55,654 bases of DNA from Candidatus Omnitrophota bacterium (lineage in GTDB: Bacteria; Omnitrophota; Gorgyraeia; Gygaellales; Profunditerraquicolaceae). The first letter of the stretch is position 1, and every line of letters starts with the position of its first letter. Both the position numbers and the translations under genes were made by a program. This document shows positions 38,883 through 47,038 of this stretch, piece after piece. The notes under the pieces are model-generated. The model made no database searches. It had not been told where the DNA came from and saw nothing but the letters and a program-made list of their open reading frames with translations. The stretch is from the NCBI GenBank assembly GCA_026387405.1, contig JAPLLV010000054.1:1-55654 (forward strand). The letters are read 5' to 3'.

Positions 38883-39185
38883 TCAAATATTTGCCTTACA
38901 AGCATCGCACAATTGGATATTATTTATTGCAGCAGTTACTGGCACATCGTACGGCTGTTTACACTTTGAACAGAGATGCCGTAAGCCGCTATTATACGGA
39001 TACGTGCCTCCTTGTATAACCTTTCCTAAAACCAAATCATTCAAAGTAAGAAAAGGCCCAGATTGGCTTTTTTTCAGTTCCTTATTTAATATTTCTATTT
39101 TTCTTTGGGAAGCTTCAAATGCCAACCTAAAAGCATCACGTTGTTCTATCGCCTCAATATTTGAATCATTCGCCTTTTTTGCCAA
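38883..39185 (-). CDS. Hypothetical protein, coiled coil plus C-terminal CxxC...CxxC
   Basis: CSKC...CDAC. Confidence 0.65.
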   Translation of the reverse strand: MAKKANDSNIEAIEQRDAFRLAFEASQRKIEILNKELKKSQSGPFLTLNDLVLGKVIQGGTYPYNSGLRHLCSKCKQPYDVPVTAAINNIQLCDACKANI

Positions 39186-39307
39186 TATTAATGAAAAAAG
39201 GGGAAAAAAGGGGACGTTTCTGTTTTCTAGAAATCAGAAACGGTCACTATTTATTGCTTCTGGGGAGGTTCCCTAAAGGCCTGCCTACCGGTAGGCAGGG
39301 ACACTCC

Positions 39308-39386
39308 TTTTAAAACACGTGTTCCAATCTATTTATTTATCGCTAGTTATAAGCGCTTAACCTGTCACCTTGGGGAAACGCCCCCA
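39308..39386. repeat. About 78-bp direct repeat, copy A (copy B at 40540-40618)
   Basis: CGTGTTCCAATCTATTTATTTATCRCTASTTATAAGCGCTTAACCTGTCAC shared. Confidence 0.92.
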
Positions 39387-39391
39387 ATTCC

Positions 39392-40531
39392 TTATCTTAT
39401 ACCAAGAGCTGCTTTAACTTCCTCTATAGAAAAAAACTCTTGCTCGATTCCTCTCGGATAACTATCAAGAAGAACTTTACCGCTAAAATCAATAAAGAAA
39501 ACTTTAGCAAAAGAAAATTCACGACCATCAATCTCCCTATTATATCTTACAATAAGACGAAGAAGTCCCGCTTTGTATCCTTTTGCATCTGAAAGAAAGA
39601 AGTCTAACATCTGCTTATGGATTTCTTTAAATTCTATCTGAAAATCTTTAGCCTCTCCTTTCTTAATAACAGGAATAATGTGATTTGGCTGTATAGAAAA
39701 TATACCAAAACGGTTTAGGGAGATAGGTTTGTCTGGTAGTTTTTGTGCTACAAAATAATCTTCATAAATCTCTATATCAATAATATTGGATAGGCCAGCA
39801 TTTTTCAAAGATAGCGTAAAACTAGCAACATTATTCCCTATAACTGTTTTTTCTGGAACGACTCTAATAACTGGCTCCTGCGATAATGCGAGTTGATTTG
39901 ATGCAATTTTATTAGCCTGTACTGATATTATAATTGCCATTATTGATAAAGAGGTGGCTGTGATTGTTTCAAAAAATATTTTATTTCTTTCTAAGCAATT
40001 ACGAATACAATTGGGGAATATAAAGGGCGTTTCCTTCTTGTATTCGCGATAGGCATCGCCGAAGCGGCCGACAAGCTCTGGCTCTTCAATAAACTTAATC
40101 TCAAAGCATAACAATACCTTTACGCCTATGGCTGATATAAGAAAACCCCATTGATTCCGCCATAAGGCCCAGCCAAGAAGATAAAGAAAAAATCCCAGCA
40201 TCATTGGATTACGTACAAAACGATATGGTCCATTATTCAAAAAATGTTTGGTCGGCACAACTGGCACAGGCGTACCTTTACCTTTCACCAGCTGCCAAGC
40301 TATAGCCCAGACCATCCAAGGAACTCCTACAGCAAATGACACTCCTGAAATTATCCGCGATAACAATTCCGGCATAATCGGCTGCCTCATAAAAACATTG
40401 CCCATCCAGAAAACAAATGCCGGCATCCCGACTAGAAAGAGTATTGCACCCAGGAGGGTAGCCAGGGTACGCACGGCAACGCCATGTTCCTTCTTTCCTC
40501 TTTTGACCAAGAATTCAACTATGTCGATCAT
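39392..40531 (-). CDS. Chimeric ORF: isoprenylcysteine carboxyl methyltransferase/PEMT-like membrane domain fused to an unrelated AT-rich domain
   Basis: GPYRFVRNPMMLG and EEPELVGRFGDAYREYKKETP in the N-half; second TM and unknown domain after about residue 175. Confidence 0.7.
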   Translation of the reverse strand: MIDIVEFLVKRGKKEHGVAVRTLATLLGAILFLVGMPAFVFWMGNVFMRQPIMPELLSRIISGVSFAVGVPWMVWAIAWQLVKGKGTPVPVVPTKHFLNNGPYRFVRNPMMLGFFLYLLGWALWRNQWGFLISAIGVKVLLCFEIKFIEEPELVGRFGDAYREYKKETPFIFPNCIRNCLERNKIFFETITATSLSIMAIIISVQANKIASNQLALSQEPVIRVVPEKTVIGNNVASFTLSLKNAGLSNIIDIEIYEDYFVAQKLPDKPISLNRFGIFSIQPNHIIPVIKKGEAKDFQIEFKEIHKQMLDFFLSDAKGYKAGLLRLIVRYNREIDGREFSFAKVFFIDFSGKVLLDSYPRGIEQEFFSIEEVKAALGIR

Positions 40532-40665
40532 AAGGCTAATTTTGAAAACCCGTGTTCCAATCTATTTATTTATCACTACTTATAAGCGCTTAACCTGTCA
40601 CTTTGGGGGAACGTCCCCGGTGTGCTTAAAAAGGAAATTATCCCCTATTTTGCACAAACTATAAA

Positions 40666-41112
40666 CTACTTTACGCTAACCTCGTTTTCGAGTAAATTTA
40701 TTGTACAGTGTTGACTGCCTCCTGCTCCGACCTGAATACTACCAACATTTTTACTTCCTGTGCGTGTTCCCTGAACCAAAGCTACTAGCTGGTATGTCGT
40801 ATTATTGTTCAATAAAACTTCAAAATTGTTCTTACCCCAGCTCAATCGTTGGCGAAAAGCCATTTTTTCTCCTGAGGGAATATTTTCTTTACCTACGAGC
40901 AAAACGCCATTGTTAGTAAATGGCCCCACAAGAAGAAGCATTGCAGCCTCCCCACCTCCGATAGAAGACATACTTCTGACAAATCCCTTATCTAGAGTAA
41001 CATCGAAACTAACATTCGTAGCATTCGTTCGGTCTATAATGAAGTGTTTGGTACATTCAGCACAACCAGAAAGGATTAGCGCCAAAATAATGATGCTTAG
41101 CTTTTTTATCAT
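40666..41112 (-). CDS. Hypothetical lipoprotein
   Basis: Signal peptide with LSGC lipobox; SD AGGAGG. Confidence 0.8.
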   Translation of the reverse strand: MIKKLSIIILALILSGCAECTKHFIIDRTNATNVSFDVTLDKGFVRSMSSIGGGEAAMLLLVGPFTNNGVLLVGKENIPSGEKMAFRQRLSWGKNNFEVLLNNNTTYQLVALVQGTRTGSKNVGSIQVGAGGSQHCTINLLENEVSVK

Positions 41113-41138
41113 AATTTCCTCCTTTTAGTTAGCATTTT

Positions 41139-41197
41139 ATAGACACTTTCCATTCTAATCGGGAAACTGTACCCAGGCTACGCTGGAAAGTGTCTGT
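41139..41197. repeat. 59-bp element M, copy 2
   Basis: Near-identical to copy 1. Confidence 0.92.
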
Positions 41198-41344
41198 TTC
41201 CCTTAACCTGTCACCTTGGGGAACATTCCCAATCCCGATTCGCTCGCTTCTCGCAAATTGAATTTACAGTCTTTGCCGAATTTGAGTTAACGTCTTAACG
41301 ATGCAAAACCCTTGAAACTGTTTCGTATACTTCTTTGCACTTTA

Positions 41345-41403
41345 ACAGACGCTTTCCATTCTAAACGGGAAACTGTACCCAAGCTACGCTGGAAAATGTC
41401 TCT
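41345..41403. repeat. 59-bp element M, copy 3
   Basis: Near-identical to copy 1. Confidence 0.9.
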
Positions 41404-41443
41404 TTTCTCGCTTCACCTGTCACCTTGGAGAACGCCCCGATCC

Positions 41444-41800
41444 CTATTCGTAGAGAAAATCAACGCTATCGACAATGCCATCTTTAAAATGAACGAACTT
41501 ATTCGCCATTGACACAATATCCCACCTATACTCCCACTGTTCCTCGTTATCCTTATAAAATTGAGGAGCTATTTTTCTGTTGCCTATAGAATGGGGCTTC
41601 CCCCAAGATGCCAAAACATCTTCTTTTGTCATCCCCTTAACAACCAAACCCTGTTCGATTGCTTTCTTAATATTTGGGTCGACATCTTTTATTGATTGGA
41701 CGTAAGACACTCGATCAGCTGTCGATGGTTTGAACAACGGGCTTGAAGCACAGCCAGCGCATGCCATAGACGCGATCAAAACAACAATAATTTCTTTCAT
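41444..41800 (-). CDS. Lipoprotein with SmpA/BamE-like domain
   Basis: CAGC lipobox; GMTKEDVLASWGKP...EQWEY. Confidence 0.72.
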   Translation of the reverse strand: MKEIIVVLIASMACAGCASSPLFKPSTADRVSYVQSIKDVDPNIKKAIEQGLVVKGMTKEDVLASWGKPHSIGNRKIAPQFYKDNEEQWEYRWDIVSMANKFVHFKDGIVDSVDFLYE

Positions 41801-41802
41801 TG

Positions 41803-41828
41803 TGACCTTCCCCTCTTTAGTGGACAGG
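41803..41828. mobile_element. IS3-family-like terminal inverted repeat, orphan (second copy 43753-43778)
   Basis: TGACCTTCCCCTSTTTAGTGGACAGG resembles IS3-family ends. Confidence 0.55.
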
Positions 41829-41865
41829 TTGTTAAAATATTAATGCCTGTTTGCGAATTGACGAT

Positions 41866-42975
41866 TTACTTATCCCTTCCCGATGCTTTCTTAAGTTTAT
41901 TGAGAAATTCAGGATTAACAGTTTGTCCTAACTCTTCTGCTTTATGTACATCTGCCCAGGCTTTATCATATTCTTTGGCCAAATAATAGATCAAGCCGCG
42001 TTTTTGATAGGTCTCTGCATCGTTAGGGTTAATTGCGATAGCCTTTGTAAGGTCAGAGATAGCTTGAGACAAATTACCTTGGTCAACATAAACAATTCCA
42101 CGGTTGATATAAGCATCTGAACTGTTAGGGTTTATTTCTATGGCCTTGGTATAGTCAGAGACAGCTTCAGATAATTTGCCTTGTTCAGCATAAACAACGC
42201 CGCGGTTGAAAAAGGCATCTCCGCGCTCGGCAACGTCAAGGTTGGAATAGACATCTGCAGGATTAGCGCTTATTTCTATAGCCTTGGTATAGTCAGAGAT
42301 AGCTTGTGCAACATTGCCTTGCTTGTAATAAGCAGTTCCACGAGTATAGTAGGCAGCTGCGTACATAGGATTAATCTCAATAGCTTTAGTATAATCAGGG
42401 GTGGCTTGATACAAGTTACCTTGTTTATCATAAACAACCCCGCGGCTATAATATGGCCCTGCATCGTTAGGGTTTATTTCTATGGCCTTGGTATAGTCAG
42501 AGACAGCTTGGGACAAATTACCTTGGTCAGCATAAGCAATACCACGGTTGTGATATGCCTCCATATAATTAGGATTGATTTTAATGGCCTTGGTATAATC
42601 AGAGATAGCTTGAGCAAGGTTACCTTGCTTATGATAAGCATTACCACTTTGTAAATATCCTTCCACGGTCTCAACATTTGTATTATTCTCTTTTTGAGAT
42701 TCTATTTTGGGCCCTATATCAGAAGCCGTGTTAGGCTTATTAAGAGATGCCGCAGATTTAAAAATTACCTGCTGCCCATCAATAGATTCTACTTCATCCA
42801 TGAAAAGCGTTAAAGGAACTCCATAAAAATCTATCTTTATATACTTATCTGTTTTTTCAATTAACTTGCCTTCCATAGTTTTTCCGGATTTCAAAACAAT
42901 GGTTTCAGCAAAAGATAGAGATGGGAAATACAAGCTAAATACCAGCAACAAAATCACTAACCTTTCCTTCTCCAT
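41866..42975 (-). CDS. Exported tetratricopeptide-repeat protein
   Basis: Signal peptide; six to seven 34-aa repeats (AISDYTKAIEINP), visible as 102-bp DNA repeats. Confidence 0.92.
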   Translation of the reverse strand: MEKERLVILLLVFSLYFPSLSFAETIVLKSGKTMEGKLIEKTDKYIKIDFYGVPLTLFMDEVESIDGQQVIFKSAASLNKPNTASDIGPKIESQKENNTNVETVEGYLQSGNAYHKQGNLAQAISDYTKAIKINPNYMEAYHNRGIAYADQGNLSQAVSDYTKAIEINPNDAGPYYSRGVVYDKQGNLYQATPDYTKAIEINPMYAAAYYTRGTAYYKQGNVAQAISDYTKAIEISANPADVYSNLDVAERGDAFFNRGVVYAEQGKLSEAVSDYTKAIEINPNSSDAYINRGIVYVDQGNLSQAISDLTKAIAINPNDAETYQKRGLIYYLAKEYDKAWADVHKAEELGQTVNPEFLNKLKKASGRDK

Positions 42976-42993
42976 TATTCCTCCATCTCTCCA

Positions 42994-43059
42994 TTAAGAT
43001 AGTGCTGCATGTTTTTTGTATTCGGAAGAACTCAGGTAACCGAGCGTCGAATGCGCCCT
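42994..43059 (-). pseudogene. IS3-family transposase C-terminal relic
   Basis: Manual translation RAHSTLGYLSSSEYKKHAALS* matches the HS.LGY.SP..YE integrase-core tail. Confidence 0.7.
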
Positions 43060-43126
43060 TTTAAACAAAAAGGACTCTGAACGGTTAAGTCCAGCCCATT
43101 GTGGAATTGACTAAAAACAAGTTAAC

Positions 43127-43567
43127 CTATTTATCTCTACCAGAGTCCCCCTTTAACAGTTTGAGGAATTCAGGTTCAATGGTAAGCCCTAATTCTTCTG
43201 CTTTATTTACATCTGCCCAAGCCTTGTCATATTCTTTTGTTTTATAATAGGCACGCCCGCGGCCACGGTAGGCCCCTCCATCATTAGGGTTAATTTCAAT
43301 GGCCTTGGTATAGTCAGAGATGGCTTGAGTAAAGTTGCCTTGTTGAACATAGGCAGACCCACGGAGGTCGTAGGCCATTGCATAATTAGGGTCAATTTTA
43401 ATGGCCTTGGTATAGTCAGAGATGGCTTGAGAATAGTTACCTTTACCGGCATAGAAAAGCCCACGATTAAAATACTCTTCCGCAGTCTCAGCATAGACAG
43501 AAGAAACACTTAAAAATAATATCCCTACTAAAAAAAACATCATTATTCTGGAACTATTGTGCTTCAT
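43127..43567 (-). CDS. Short exported TPR protein, paralog of 41866-42975
   Basis: Signal peptide, three TPRs, shared tail KAWADV.KAEELG...PEFL..LK..SGRDK. Confidence 0.9.
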   Translation of the reverse strand: MKHNSSRIMMFFLVGILFLSVSSVYAETAEEYFNRGLFYAGKGNYSQAISDYTKAIKIDPNYAMAYDLRGSAYVQQGNFTQAISDYTKAIEINPNDGGAYRGRGRAYYKTKEYDKAWADVNKAEELGLTIEPEFLKLLKGDSGRDK

Positions 43568-43842
43568 CTTTTACCTCCTCGTTAAGAAACTAACGCCTGT
43601 TTTTCATACTCAAAAGGGCTTAAATAACCAAGTAATCGGGAAACTGTACCCAAGCTACGTTGGAAAGTGTCTGTTTCCCTGTTTCCCTGCATTCTTTGTG
43701 CCAATCGAGATTAATTGTAATATGTAAAATTAACAAAACCAAAATTGTGAAATGACCTTCCCCTGTTTAGTGGACAGGTTATTAAGTTATAACACCTGCT
43801 GCTTAAACTGCTCCTTTACTTTGGGGCGCGTAAGGTAATAAA

Positions 43843-44448
43843 TTAAAAATAATCAGAATGCTTGAGTAACATTGCGTGGTAATTAAAGAGCCAATATCCG
43901 TAATACAAAAGGAGAATCACCGAAGCACAAATTGTTAATATTCGGCCCTGTGTTTTTAGGAGTAACAAGGTCACTGCACTTATCAATGACAATAAGCTGA
44001 GAATGATGTAAGAAATACCCCATAGACGAAGGTGCGGTTTAAGAAGCGAACTGTCAAAAAAGTTACCAATTCCTGAATAAAGAAAAGTAAGGGATACCGA
44101 GATAATAAAAATTCCATAGATTGTCACACCAACGAGCCTCTTTTTAGGCGTTGGATATAATAAGGTTACAAATAAACATACCCAAAACATTAAATCAAAG
44201 CTTTTTATAAATAATATTGACAGTAGCGAGCGGTCTTTTAAGAAAATAAATAAAGCTTTCGAAAAAGGATAGGAGATTCCATGGAGAGTACGTAGTAAAT
44301 TATACAATAAAATCTTTACTGGCTCCCCCAGGTTCTCTTTAGTAACAAACGCCAACAAAGGTTTATACCAAAATAAAAAAAATTGCGTGACGATAAAAAC
44401 CGTTACCCCAAATATAATGCTCTTAATAAGTAACTTGCCGTTTTTCAT
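43843..44448 (-). CDS. Polytopic membrane protein with a probably frameshifted 3' end
   Basis: SD GGAG before MKNGK; out-of-frame YYLTRPKVKEQF just past the stop. Confidence 0.6.
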   Translation of the reverse strand: MKNGKLLIKSIIFGVTVFIVTQFFLFWYKPLLAFVTKENLGEPVKILLYNLLRTLHGISYPFSKALFIFLKDRSLLSILFIKSFDLMFWVCLFVTLLYPTPKKRLVGVTIYGIFIISVSLTFLYSGIGNFFDSSLLKPHLRLWGISYIILSLLSLISAVTLLLLKTQGRILTICASVILLLYYGYWLFNYHAMLLKHSDYF

Positions 44449-44615
44449 TCGTTCTCCCAGTAGAGTCGATTTTCCGGCTATGGCCATACCAGATTGTAAA
44501 ATGGGGACGTTTCTATTTTTTCTTCAGCCTCCTGAAGCGATTAACATGAATAATCGCTTCAATATCTGATACAATTAACCGTATAATCGCGTCTAAATCA
44601 AGGCTTATTTATTTT

Positions 44616-44674
44616 ACAGACACTTTCCAGCACAGCATGAAGACAGTTTCCCGTTTAGGACGGAAAGCGTCTAT
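44616..44674. repeat. 59-bp element M, flipped and diverged copy
   Basis: Interior CAGTTTCCCGTTTAG is the reverse complement of the other copies. Confidence 0.85.
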
Positions 44675-44689
44675 ATACCTGTTTCCCCT

Positions 44690-44989
44690 TCATTTCTCCT
44701 TCAGTGTCTTAAGCGCCCAAAGGATAAAGCGAATAACGGCAATAATGGGATAACCAAACAAAGCAATGTTTTTGCCAAGAGACATGATCCTTATGTATGG
44801 CGTATAACCGACCAGAGAATATTTCATTTGCTTTATGATTTTGAACTTAGCCTCTTGGTGCTGGATTAAATAAATACTATTAAAATGCCTGCCAATAAAA
44901 TATACAGCCAATCCCAGGATCGCGATACCCAACAAAATCAAACCTTCTCTTGCAATAATTTTCTTAATGTTTATCTTTTGATTATCCAT
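44690..44989 (-). CDS. Small membrane protein (2 TM)
   Basis: IIAREGLILLG...GYPIIAVIRFILWA. Confidence 0.72.
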   Translation of the reverse strand: MDNQKINIKKIIAREGLILLGIAILGLAVYFIGRHFNSIYLIQHQEAKFKIIKQMKYSLVGYTPYIRIMSLGKNIALFGYPIIAVIRFILWALKTLKEK

Positions 44990-45048
44990 CTATAAACAAT
45001 CGTAAAGTGGTTTGGGGGAACGTCCCCGATTCGTTTCTAAATAATATA

Positions 45049-45717
45049 TTATAATCGAGATATGATAGAATGTCCGATATTTAGGATAGATTCCCTTGCC
45101 CTGCTCTTAAAAACAACAAATTTAAAATACAGGCTATTGAGATCTTGACCGGTTATATCTTTGACTTTCCTATTAACAACAATTGAGTATAGCGGGTATC
45201 CGGAAAGATCTATTTCTCGAAAGTTAGTTTGCTTTTTTATTTTAGCATATACATTTGAAGGACGGTTGGGGTCTTCTCCGATATTTAAAATCTCACAGTC
45301 TGCAAAAATATACCTGATATCGTTTTGAGAGTATCGCCAAAAATCATTTGGAAAACTATGATAAAAGTAATTTGACGGTACAAAAATAAGCATGATGCCG
45401 TTTGGACTACAGATGCGCTTTATATTAGAAACAGCAGATCTCCAATCCCTGATATGTTCCAAAACACACGTGACAATAACCACGTCGAAGCTTTCCTGGC
45501 CAAATTTCTCAACAAGTTTTTCTGCAGGACAGATTAAATCCACTCCGGGGCCGGGGATAATATCTACCCCCAAGTATTTTGCAGGTTTAAGCATTTCAAC
45601 AACGTAACGCAGGCTACCGTTAACGTCATAAGCACCGATTTCAATGACCCGTTTACCTATCACTTCATCAACCGATAAATTTGCACCTACCCATTTAAAA
45701 CAATTTAAAGTGCACAT
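45049..45717 (-). CDS. Class I SAM-dependent methyltransferase
   Basis: VIEIGAYDVNG, LGVDI, SFDVVIVTCVLEHI. Confidence 0.85.
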   Translation of the reverse strand: MCTLNCFKWVGANLSVDEVIGKRVIEIGAYDVNGSLRYVVEMLKPAKYLGVDIIPGPGVDLICPAEKLVEKFGQESFDVVIVTCVLEHIRDWRSAVSNIKRICSPNGIMLIFVPSNYFYHSFPNDFWRYSQNDIRYIFADCEILNIGEDPNRPSNVYAKIKKQTNFREIDLSGYPLYSIVVNRKVKDITGQDLNSLYFKFVVFKSRARESILNIGHSIISRL

Positions 45718-45825
45718 AATTTAATTTTCTCTTTATCTTTTGATTATCTATATATAAACAATCGTAAAGTGGGGACGTTTCTGTTTTTCAAAAATTGGAA
45801 ACGGTCCTATTTTTTGTAGCTCCGG

Positions 45826-46290
45826 TTACCTAAACTGTTCCCTTACTTTGGGACGGGTGAAGAAATAGATAGTTAGTATGTACAGTAATAAACCAAAGAT
45901 AACGGAAATATTATAACCCACGGAGAGCGGATAATGTACAGTATTTTTACCCAAAATCTTAAAAGCCTGATCCAATATGCCCCAAATTGCAACTAAGATA
46001 ATCCCAGTTAAAGACCATCTTTTTAGCCTGAACAGCCCAATTGTGGCTATTAGCGTAATAATTCCTAAGGGCAATGTTTGTTTTATCTTTGACTGATAAT
46101 ATTTGTCTATTTCCGCGATAGAATTAATCCCCAATTGCTGTGTGGTAGGATTTTTCAATACTTCAATTTTATGTTCCTGTGGCAGGCTGATAATTGCGAA
46201 TGATATTAGCGCTGCTAATATGCAACTAACGGCTGAAATCAAGTAAATCCAAGAAAACACTATAACTCCAATCGATTTTTTATTCTCCAC
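45826..46290 (-). CDS. Membrane protein (4 TM) with C-terminal TRPKVREQF motif
   Basis: GTG start with SD AGGAGG; hydrophobic helices. Confidence 0.78.
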   Translation of the reverse strand: MENKKSIGVIVFSWIYLISAVSCILAALISFAIISLPQEHKIEVLKNPTTQQLGINSIAEIDKYYQSKIKQTLPLGIITLIATIGLFRLKRWSLTGIILVAIWGILDQAFKILGKNTVHYPLSVGYNISVIFGLLLYILTIYFFTRPKVREQFR

Positions 46291-46354
46291 GCTTCCTCCT
46301 TCGTTAAGACATTAACGCCTGTTTTGGAAACGCCCCAGGTTCGTCTAGTTCTTA

Positions 46355-46489
46355 TTAATCCTCTTCTATCTCAAAACGACAGCCGCATATATTGCATTCA
46401 TAAATCGACATTTCCTCATTAGGCTCGACAAACCGCGTATCCTTACTATTACACTGAGGACATTCAACAGGCGGATTCCATTCAGGCAT
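46355..46489 (-). CDS. 44-aa zinc-ribbon microprotein (not in ORF track)
   Basis: MPEWNPPVECPQCNSKDTRFVEPNEEMSIYECNICGCRFEIEED; SD AGGAG. Confidence 0.75.
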   Translation of the reverse strand: MPEWNPPVECPQCNSKDTRFVEPNEEMSIYECNICGCRFEIEED

Positions 46490-46584
46490 AATCTTCTGCT
46501 CCTAAACAACTACTAATTGTTTATTGTTCATCTCTGGTTTCTGTCCCTATTGTAAAAATGGGGACGTTTCTATTTTTCAACGCC

Positions 46585-47001
46585 TTAATCGCCTATTATT
46601 TTTAGCAAGACCCGCTTTTTACGCCGGCCGTCAAATTCTGCGTAAAATATCTGTTCCCACGGGCCGAAATCAAGTTTGCCGTTAGTAATCGCGACTACTA
46701 CTACCCTGCCCATTATGGTCCTTTTCAGGTGGGCATCTCCATTGTCTTCGCCGCCAAGGTTATGCCTGTATTTATCTTTACCGTATGGCGCAAGTTTTTC
46801 CAGCCAGGCGCTGAAATCGCTATGCAGCCCCGGCTCATCATCATTGATAAAAATCGAACTGGTGATATGCATCGCATTCACCAGGCACAGGCCTTCCTTA
46901 ATCCCGCTCTTCTTAAGCTCTTCTTCCACCTGCGGGGTTATATTTATAAACTCCTGCCTGTTCTTTGTGTTAAACCATAAATATTGGGTATGGGATCTCA
47001 T
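46585..47001 (-). CDS. yjbQ: YjbQ family protein (secondary thiamine-phosphate synthase, UPF0047)
   Basis: [37 protein letters not shown]. Confidence 0.93.
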   Translation of the reverse strand: MRSHTQYLWFNTKNRQEFINITPQVEEELKKSGIKEGLCLVNAMHITSSIFINDDEPGLHSDFSAWLEKLAPYGKDKYRHNLGGEDNGDAHLKRTIMGRVVVVAITNGKLDFGPWEQIFYAEFDGRRKKRVLLKIIGD

Positions 47002-47038
47002 TTTTCTCTTCCGAATCCGGGGTTCAGGAAGTTCCTAT

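Noticed and set aside
41866-43567. Diversity-generating retroelement TR/VR pair in the TPR tails
   Set aside because: Differences between the tails are not adenine-specific, and there is no reverse transcriptase in the window.
38774-44674. CRISPR array from the repeated 59-bp element
   Set aside because: Spacing is irregular (about 200-2400 bp), whole genes lie between copies, one copy is inverted, and there are no cas genes.
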